17,371 nt of DNA, from the NCBI GenBank assembly GCA_964014485.1, contig CAXHAT010000166.1:1-17371 (forward strand). The letters run 5' to 3'. This document shows, in pieces, positions 7,632 through 14,353 of this stretch (position 1 is its first letter; each line of letters begins with the position of its first letter). The translations under genes were made by a program, and so were the position numbers. Source of the DNA: an uncultured Deferribacteres bacterium. Its GTDB lineage: Bacteria > Zhuqueibacterota > Zhuqueibacteria > Zhuqueibacterales > Geothermadaptataceae. The notes under the pieces are model-generated. The model saw only the letters and a list, made by a program, of their open reading frames with translations, made no database searches and was not told the DNA's origin.

Positions 7632-10600
7632 TTATTTCAAAACTGCAAATTTGCCAATCTTCACCTCGCCCGTCGCGTGGGATTCGACGTGGTAAATGTA
7701 ATATCCGGCGGGAATATCGAGCCCTTCTTTCGTTTTCAAATCCCAGTATGCCATGCCGTTACGGTGGGTGTTATTGTCCCAATTGGTGGCGCGGCTCTCG
7801 ACGGCATTGCTCACTTCAAGCACGTCAACCAGGGCGCCACTGACGGTAAAAATGCGGATGGTGCATTGTGCCGGGATATGCGTAAATGCGAGCTTGCGGC
7901 GCTGGCTCAACTGCGGATTCGTCACCGCCTCTTCCATCAGATTCGTCGCGACATAAGGATTCGGAACAACCTTGATCATGTCCATATCTTCGGCAATGGT
8001 TGCCGCGCTGACTTCTTCTTCGAGATCGATGGTGAACATGATCGAATCGGCCGGCGAGAACGGGCGGAAGAATTTCATTTGCCACGTATCGCCAGGCTGC
8101 GGCAATTGGCTGTCGTCGGCAATGTCGCGAAAGTCGAATTGAAAAACCGTACCCGCCCAGCGATTTCGATTACGGCTAGTGGTTTCGTAACCCGCCAAAA
8201 TTACGTCTTTCGAGCGATCAAAGGCGCCGTCCTCGTCAATGTCGATGCCGATCATGCTCAGTCGCAAAAAATTGCCCGATTCATCGGTGAAATCTTTATT
8301 GATCACCGCAAAATCAAAGGTCAGTTCATCTAGCACATTCGATGTGCGCACCAGGTTGTTCTCAATGTCGCGCACGCCGGTTTTGATGATGAAATCGTAC
8401 GTATTTTCTTCCGTGCCGAAAACGATTTCATAATTGCCCGGCAAGTACGTGACAAGTCCGGGGTGGTATTCGATTTTCAGCGGGGAATTGCCTCTGACCC
8501 AACCAGTATTGAGCGAATCAATCGTCGTGACAATATGCGGGATGTTGACGTCAATCATCAAGCCGTCAAAAAGCCGCGTCTGCGCGCCTCGGACGTTGAA
8601 ATGCTGCAAGGTTTTTGGGCGGTTGAGCGGCGAAACGTAGCGCAGGAGCGAGAAATTGCTAGCGTAAGGATTGGTGTAACCCGATTCAAAATACACCAGC
8701 GAATCGCCCGCCGTCACATCGTAAACGAAAATCCCGGAATTCGCATAAAGCAAGTCCGCCGGGTGGCGCGTCGTGCGAATATTGACGATGTTGCCGAGTT
8801 CCTGAACTTCGAATTTGACCTTGTAAGTATGTCCCTGCTTCGCCAATTCCGGCACGACAACGCGCGGCGTAATGGAAGCCGTGCTAAAAATATCCGGTTC
8901 CGGCATATCGATATTCGGGGGTACGTAACCCGCCGCCGGTTTTTCAGGCTGCACCACCGCGACGTTTTTGGAGACGTTCACAATTTGATCAGCCTCGTCA
9001 ACTTCGAGCACAAAATTATTCTCCGAAGGTGTGATGCCGACTGAGACTTCGGGAATGCCGCGATCATAGGCGACGAGCACATAATAATACGTCCGCCCGT
9101 TTTGCACTGTGTTGTCGATGAAAAAGTGCTCGATGCCGCTGTCGCTGCCGAGGTAATATTCCACGCCGTTGACCTCGCCGAAATCCGCGAAGCCGGTGAT
9201 GTTATTGATCAAATCGCATTGGAAAATAGGGCGACGAAGCAGCGGATTGCCGAAACCATCGGTGATGAGTTCTGGGTCGGAGATTTTCTTATCCGTGGCG
9301 CGGTAGAGTTTGTAGCCTTCAAAATCGTTGGCGTTTTTCAGGAATGGGTCGCGCGTTTTGGTGTCAGAAACGTTATCCCAAACCAGAAAAACCTGACCGT
9401 CACCGGGCACGGCCTTCAGCGTCGGCATGAGCGGCGGCTGGGCGAAACGATAGTCGGATTCATAAATAATCTGCACGACTTCCTTCAATCGAAACAACGA
9501 AGGCGCGGTGTGCTGGGCGGAGTTCAGCCCGGCCAGCGGATCATAAGAATGCAGTTCGCTCATCGAAATGCGTTCCGTTCGTCCCTTGAAAAGCGGGAAC
9601 AATCCGGAAGCAAAATACTCGATAAAGTTTCGCGGGATGCCCTGAAAATCGTCGAAAATACCGCTTGTCACATAATCGAAAGACAGCTCATCATTACACA
9701 TGACAAACCCGACGCACGTGCCCCATTGCAATAAATAGCGGAATGTCGTCAAGCCAAGCATGTCGGATTCGTTGATGTCCGTCGCGGCGAAATTCGGCTC
9801 GGAGCCGAGGCCTTCGAGAAAATCGGGTTTATGGTTGCCTTCCGTACCGTCCGCGTCAGGGCCAAAATAGTTGAGATCATTCGGGCCGACGCCGTCTAGG
9901 CCAACATCATCGCCCGCGTCTTCCTCCGCTTGATAAATGCCGTCGCCATTGGCGTCAACGCCGTCGTTCCAGTCCTGATCTTCGTCCGCGTCCCAGTGCG
10001 GTTTGAGATCGGCTTCGGTAAGATTGTAAAAATCAAGAAATGCGTTCAAGTCGGTGATCCCGTCCGTCGGGCCGACAAAAACCTGAGCCTGGTTGTCGCG
10101 TTTTTCATCGGTCAGGCCGTCGTTGTCATTGTCGACGTTATCGAAGGCCAATCCGGGGCTTTCGAGAAACGCAAAACCAAGTACTCCCGGTTCGCGCCCG
10201 CCGCCCACAGGAATGAAATCGACGTCCCAGGAAAAAGTCATGTTCAAATCTCTGTTGTAAAACGCGATGTCGTCGCCCAGTCCTTCTTCACCGCCGACGG
10301 CATTGTCGAGCAGGTAGGCAAAAACAACTTCCGGCAAATCGTAATCAGAAGTATTGGAAATGTTGTACTCCCAGAAAATGGCGTCGGTCGCGGAAGGATT
10401 CGACCATTGAAAACCGCGTTGTTCGATGCGCACGCCAATGCCGCCCCAGGGCGCGCCGTTCTGCACGGTGATGTCCGGCTTTTTGTCGCCGATATTCACG
10501 CCGGGACGCGGGAAATACTTGATCGGCGAATCCGGCTGTAAATATTCCTGATCTTGCGAATCGTTAGCGACAAGAAAACTTTCCTGATCGGCCTTGATCA

Positions 10601-11183
10601 CGCCGCGTCCAAAGCGACCGTTCCACTCCCCCGGCCATTTCAAACCTTCCTCACGAGCAGGCCATCCCTGAGGCGGCCAAGAGTCGGGACGGTTGCTCAT
10701 CGCCGGGGTTTCGCTCAACTCATTGAAATATCCAGGTACCGGGTAAAGCGCCCATTCCACCGTCCCGGTCGGGTCGTCGTCCATGAATTCGCGGTAGCTG
10801 CTCTGCATATAAAAAAGCGTGTCGAGGTCGTTCCGTGAGGCGATCTCAGAAGGTTCCGTGACGGGAATCGAGTCGTTTTCCAAATACACGCGTGCGCCGA
10901 TAATCGTGGCGATGCCGTCGTGCATTTTCGTGCCTTCAAAATTATTCGGCCATTTCGAAACGTCGTAGCCGAGACCGCAGCAATCGCCCAACTCGGTTGT
11001 GTTGCGGAAAAACAGCAGAACGCGGTTGCCGATCATAAAGCCGCTCCGCTCCGCCGCAAGGTCGGAAGCCGGGTCATCCGGGCCTTCGTAGGGGCGACCT
11101 TGTGCAAAAAGAGTCGTGGATGAACCAAAAAATAGAACGATAAAAAAGGCGTTTCGAAGGTTTTTCATGGAAAAGCTATTCAT
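7632..11183 (-). CDS. Large secreted protein (1183 aa) with Asp-rich putative Ca-binding loops, FN3-like domain and T9SS type A-like C-terminal sorting domain
   Basis: Signal peptide (...FFIVLFFGSSTTLFA^Q); DNVDNDNDGLTDE and DANGDG motifs; PTLKAVPGDGQVFLVWD...FEGYKLYR...FIDNTVQNGRTYYYVLVAYD (FN3-like); C-terminal IKVVPNPY...TIRIFTVSGALV...WDLKTKEG..IPAGYYIYHV...IGKFAVLK. Confidence 0.85.
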   Translation of the reverse strand: MNSFSMKNLRNAFFIVLFFGSSTTLFAQGRPYEGPDDPASDLAAERSGFMIGNRVLLFFRNTTELGDCCGLGYDVSKWPNNFEGTKMHDGIATIIGARVYLENDSIPVTEPSEIASRNDLDTLFYMQSSYREFMDDDPTGTVEWALYPVPGYFNELSETPAMSNRPDSWPPQGWPAREEGLKWPGEWNGRFGRGVIKADQESFLVANDSQDQEYLQPDSPIKYFPRPGVNIGDKKPDITVQNGAPWGGIGVRIEQRGFQWSNPSATDAIFWEYNISNTSDYDLPEVVFAYLLDNAVGGEEGLGDDIAFYNRDLNMTFSWDVDFIPVGGGREPGVLGFAFLESPGLAFDNVDNDNDGLTDEKRDNQAQVFVGPTDGITDLNAFLDFYNLTEADLKPHWDADEDQDWNDGVDANGDGIYQAEEDAGDDVGLDGVGPNDLNYFGPDADGTEGNHKPDFLEGLGSEPNFAATDINESDMLGLTTFRYLLQWGTCVGFVMCNDELSFDYVTSGIFDDFQGIPRNFIEYFASGLFPLFKGRTERISMSELHSYDPLAGLNSAQHTAPSLFRLKEVVQIIYESDYRFAQPPLMPTLKAVPGDGQVFLVWDNVSDTKTRDPFLKNANDFEGYKLYRATDKKISDPELITDGFGNPLLRRPIFQCDLINNITGFADFGEVNGVEYYLGSDSGIEHFFIDNTVQNGRTYYYVLVAYDRGIPEVSVGITPSENNFVLEVDEADQIVNVSKNVAVVQPEKPAAGYVPPNIDMPEPDIFSTASITPRVVVPELAKQGHTYKVKFEVQELGNIVNIRTTRHPADLLYANSGIFVYDVTAGDSLVYFESGYTNPYASNFSLLRYVSPLNRPKTLQHFNVRGAQTRLFDGLMIDVNIPHIVTTIDSLNTGWVRGNSPLKIEYHPGLVTYLPGNYEIVFGTEENTYDFIIKTGVRDIENNLVRTSNVLDELTFDFAVINKDFTDESGNFLRLSMIGIDIDEDGAFDRSKDVILAGYETTSRNRNRWAGTVFQFDFRDIADDSQLPQPGDTWQMKFFRPFSPADSIMFTIDLEEEVSAATIAEDMDMIKVVPNPYVATNLMEEAVTNPQLSQRRKLAFTHIPAQCTIRIFTVSGALVDVLEVSNAVESRATNWDNNTHRNGMAYWDLKTKEGLDIPAGYYIYHVESHATGEVKIGKFAVLK

Positions 11184-11225
11184 TGATTTTGTTAAAACTC
11201 ACGCAAGTTGTAACCTAAAACAAAA

Positions 11226-11345
11226 TGATGGAGTGCAAGGTTTGTCTTGCAAATCCGCAAAAACGTTCTCATGCATTTTCGTTTCGTATTTACTGCGTTT
11301 CCCTTACAAGCACTGTAAAAGCAAAGCAAGCTTTGCACTCCTTCA
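11226..11345. repeat. REPIN-like element: two inverted 25-bp REP-like units 70 bp apart
   Basis: Left 11226..11250 TGATGGAGTGCAAGGTTTGTCTTGC; reverse complement of right 11321..11345 TGAAGGAGTGCAAAGCTTGCTTTGC (20/25). Each is GGAG-T followed by a 7-bp hairpin with a 2-nt loop. Confidence 0.7.
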
Positions 11346-11350
11346 ACAGT

Positions 11351-12262
11351 TCATGGACTCAAATCCGCGCGATAGGTCAGCAGAAATTCGATGAACTTTG
11401 AAATATCGGTCATATCCTGTCCGACGTAGCGGATTGTGTGCGAATCGATGCGTTCGACGAAGCGCAGGTAGCCCAGAATTTCCGCCGGGCGATAGTTTTT
11501 AAAACGTACGTCAAGTTTGAGGGGCGCTTTGGGTTTGTACGGCTTGAAATCTTCAATGCGCTCCATCGCTCTGGTCACGCTCGCGGCGATCACTTTGTAG
11601 GCCGCTTCCGGCGTGAGCGTGCGGGCGGAGTGAAAACCGTAATTCCATTTCACGACCGCGCCTTCAATATCGCCGATGACTTTTTGCGCTTCTTCAACAG
11701 CGGCGTCATCGCCGGAAATCATGATGATCGGCACGTCGAAATCCCCGGCAATTGCCGCGTTGATCGACGCTTCCGTCATCGGCACGTCGTTCAGGCGCAC
11801 GTCAGCCAAATTCGCGCTGGACATGGTGTGGGCGCGCACGCCCTCGGAATTCGAAGTGCTGGAATGGTAGCCGAGAAAAATCGCGCCGTCAAAGGTCTCA
11901 TCGATTCCTTGCATCATCATCAAGGGACGCGGCCAGGCACGCACGACCTGGACATTCTCCGGCAATTTTTCGATCAACAGATTCTGCCCGTTGCCGTGCG
12001 AGTCGCTCACCAAAATCTCCGTTGCACCCGCCTTAAACGCCGCTTCAATCGCCACGTTGACTTCTTTCGTCATGAATTCGCGGAACCGCTGGTACTCAAA
12101 ACCCGACGGCCCTAGCTGCTCACCCGTCACCGCGCCAACCACGCCTTCCATATCGGCGGAAATATAGATTTTGAGTTTTTCCTGGGCTTGGAGTGGCATG
12201 AAAAAGTTCCCTAAAATAAGGAGAACACAAGCTATCAATATCGTGGAGACTGTCTTACTCAC
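11351..12262 (-). CDS. dppA: M55 family (DppA-like) D-aminopeptidase with N-terminal signal peptide
   Basis: KIYISADMEG, VSDSHG, FLGYHS, AHT, TEA, ISGDD motifs provide the M55 dizinc ligands. Likely start GTG at 12262 (AGGA upstream); ORF track extends to 12289. Confidence 0.92.
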   Translation of the reverse strand: MSKTVSTILIACVLLILGNFFMPLQAQEKLKIYISADMEGVVGAVTGEQLGPSGFEYQRFREFMTKEVNVAIEAAFKAGATEILVSDSHGNGQNLLIEKLPENVQVVRAWPRPLMMMQGIDETFDGAIFLGYHSSTSNSEGVRAHTMSSANLADVRLNDVPMTEASINAAIAGDFDVPIIMISGDDAAVEEAQKVIGDIEGAVVKWNYGFHSARTLTPEAAYKVIAASVTRAMERIEDFKPYKPKAPLKLDVRFKNYRPAEILGYLRFVERIDSHTIRYVGQDMTDISKFIEFLLTYRADLSP

Positions 12263-12303
12263 AGTTGATTTCCTATTACCGATCAACACAAAATTGTAGA
12301 TTT

Positions 12304-12648
12304 TTAAAGTTTTAGTATTAGTCTAAGTCCAGCTTCGACGCGGCTCAAATAGCTTTGAGGAAGACGTTTAATTTTTTGAGTCAGATTCTTTTTATCGACT
12401 GTGATGAGTTGGGTGACATTTGCAATAGAATCTTGCGGCAACCCGGTAATTTTTTTCGACAATCGAACATTGCCGGGCGCTCCTTCAAGCCTGAGATTCG
12501 TCGTGAGAACAACGCCAATCACCGTTGCTAACCGGCTATTGTTAAAATCATTTTCCTGAATAATGACCACTGGCCGCCGATACCCCGGTTCCGAGCCTTC
12601 AGGTTCCGGTAAATTCGCCCACCAGATTTCCCCGCGACGAATTACCAT
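12304..12648 (-). CDS. mazF: PemK/MazF-family endoribonuclease toxin
   Basis: IRRGEIWWANLPEPEGSEPGYRRPVVIIQ...LTTNL...DSIANVTQLITVDK; 7-nt overlap with upstream antitoxin. Confidence 0.93.
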   Translation of the reverse strand: MVIRRGEIWWANLPEPEGSEPGYRRPVVIIQENDFNNSRLATVIGVVLTTNLRLEGAPGNVRLSKKITGLPQDSIANVTQLITVDKKNLTQKIKRLPQSYLSRVEAGLRLILKL

Positions 12649-12881
12649 TCTTCCTTGCCGATCGCTAACATCTGGAGTCTCATAAGTCCGGGATCTAGCG
12701 ATGATGATTCATTTTCATAAACCTCGTTGAGCCGCCTCGTGACAGAACTCTCTTTCGATGATTTTATATAAGCCTTCAAAGCGGTCGTACAAAATTCACT
12801 CAGGGAAACGCCGAGTTCTTTTGCTGTTTCTTCGGCGTTTAGAAGTACAGCTTCCGGAATTGAAACATTTTTTTCCATCAT
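12642..12881 (-). CDS. Cognate antitoxin, ChpI/CopG-like RHH protein
   Basis: 79 aa, NVSIPEAV...AEETAKELGVSLSEFCTTALKAY (RHH) and TRRLNEVY...SLD...Q...EEW tail; directly upstream of and overlapping mazF. Confidence 0.85.
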   Translation of the reverse strand: MMEKNVSIPEAVLLNAEETAKELGVSLSEFCTTALKAYIKSSKESSVTRRLNEVYENESSSLDPGLMRLQMLAIGKEEW

Positions 12882-12928
12882 TCTTCTCCAAGTTAAACCC
12901 GTGTTTGATTTACTCGGAAATTAGCGAC

Positions 12929-14032
12929 TCAAAAAACAAAACTCAACGAATACGCCTGCATTTTGCCCAGCAGGCCGACTTCGCGATAGGAATAGTCGAT
13001 GTTCAGGGATTTGTTGTTGAAGTAGTAGATTTTGAGGCCGAAGCCAAAAGATGCGCCGTACTCGGAATCGACCAAGTAAACGCCCTTGTAGCCGCCGCGC
13101 AGTTGCAGTTGCCCGAACGACGGCAGTTCAAAAGTATACTGCGCGCCGAGATTGAGCGATTCGCTGTTGTTGTTCGGATGGAGTGCGTCCACCGCGACGG
13201 TCAGGCGTTGAGTTCGGCTGGAAATCACATGAAACGACGTCCCGAGCCGGAAAATCAAAGGAAGTTCCCAGCCTTCCAATTCGTACAAGGCCGGGGTCGT
13301 CGCAAAGTTGCCGTCTTCGTCCGGTTGAATGTCAATCGGGCGTTTGAGATCGATGCCGCTGAAGCTCATACGTGTGCCGTAATTCGAGATGCTCATGCCG
13401 ATATTCAAGCCGTCGCCCGGTCTGCCGGTGCGCGAAAGAAAGTTTGTGTTGACAATGGCGCCCAAATCGATGGCCGCCGCGCTGCCGCTCTCGTGCCAAA
13501 TGCGCGAGGAGATGAATTTTCCGCTGACGCCAAAAGAAAACCAATCGACCAATCGTCTGCTGTAAGAAAGGCTCACCGCAACGTCCTGTCCATCAAAACT
13601 CTCGCCCGTGCCTTCCGGGAAAAACACCGTCGTCACGTCTTCCGCGCCATAGGAGGCTGAGATAAAGCCAAGGCCGAACGTGCCGAAATTTTCCCGGTGC
13701 ATGGAAAAGCCGACGAAATTCGTCGAAATGCCCGCAATCCACGGCTGGGACATGGCGAGCAACTGTGTATTTTCAAGATAGCCAAGTCCGGCGGGATTCC
13801 AGTAGATCGCCGAGGGGTCGCTCGCCAAACTGACGAAAGCGTCGCCCATGGCGTTGCCCGCCGCGCCGTAACCGATTTCAAGAAAATTCGCCGTTGTCGT
13901 GCCGGTGCGGTAAGGCTTCTGGGCTTGCGTCGGAATTGCGACGGCCAACAAAAGCGCCGCTATAACAGAAATTCTTGTAAACTGTGAGCAGTGAACTGTG
14001 AACTGATTTTTGGGCTGGGTACGAAAAATCAT
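12929..14032 (-). CDS. PorV/PorQ-family (FadL-like) outer-membrane beta-barrel protein
   Basis: GTTTANFLEIGYGAAGNAMGDAF...DPSAIYWNPAGL, GMSISNYG, LPLIFRLG, LNLGAQY, LRGGY, C-terminal YSLSFVF. Start ATG at 14032 (TAAGGT upstream) preferred over 14182; signal peptide cleaved near IPTQA^Q. Confidence 0.88.
   Translation of the reverse strand: MIFRTQPKNQFTVHCSQFTRISVIAALLLAVAIPTQAQKPYRTGTTTANFLEIGYGAAGNAMGDAFVSLASDPSAIYWNPAGLGYLENTQLLAMSQPWIAGISTNFVGFSMHRENFGTFGLGFISASYGAEDVTTVFFPEGTGESFDGQDVAVSLSYSRRLVDWFSFGVSGKFISSRIWHESGSAAAIDLGAIVNTNFLSRTGRPGDGLNIGMSISNYGTRMSFSGIDLKRPIDIQPDEDGNFATTPALYELEGWELPLIFRLGTSFHVISSRTQRLTVAVDALHPNNNSESLNLGAQYTFELPSFGQLQLRGGYKGVYLVDSEYGASFGFGLKIYYFNNKSLNIDYSYREVGLLGKMQAYSLSFVF
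13977..14004. repeat. Degenerate 7-mer tandem repeat (4 copies, consensus GTGAACT) inside the 5' end of the PorV-like gene
   Basis: GTAAACT GTGAGCA GTGAACT GTGAACT. Confidence 0.75.
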
Positions 14033-14097
14033 TTGGTTTAACCTTATCAAGGAACCAGTCATGTTTTTTTCTGCCATTTTGGGGCAAAACTTTTCAA

Positions 14098-14245
14098 AAT
14101 GCAGAGGCGGAAAGGACGCTGAGATGCGCAGAGAAAACTCAATTATGAGTTCAGTTTTGAGAGTTCGCAACCATAAATTCATAAACAGAACTCAGATTTG
14201 TATGAAAAACTCCGCGAAGCTCTTCAAACTCTGCGTCTCTGCGTT
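14098..14245. repeat. Imperfect 36-bp inverted repeats built from CGCAGAG-like units around a 76-bp AT-rich core
   Basis: 14098..14133 AATGCAGAGGCGGAAAGGACGCTGAGATGCGCAGAG versus reverse complement of 14210..14245 AACGCAGAGACGCAGAGTTTGAAGAGCTTCGCGGAG: 24/36 ungapped. Confidence 0.6.
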
Positions 14246-14315
14246 AAACTGCAATGACGTTGAAGTCTTGACTCCATCTCGTTCTGCCAAAACATCATTT
14301 TCTGAAATTTAAAAA

Positions 14316-14342
14316 ATCCTGTCGATCCTGATCATCCCGTCA
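14316..14342. repeat. Degenerate 9-mer tandem repeat (3 copies) flanked by A-runs, just after the receptor stop
   Basis: ATCCTGTCG ATCCTGATC ATCCCGTCA. Confidence 0.7.
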
Positions 14343-14353
14343 AAAAATAACCG

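Noticed and set aside
14033..14182. N-terminal extension of the PorV-like ORF to 14182
   Set aside because: It runs through the inverted-repeat element and would bury the signal peptide about 70 residues in; ATG 14032 has a Shine-Dalgarno-like TAAGGT.
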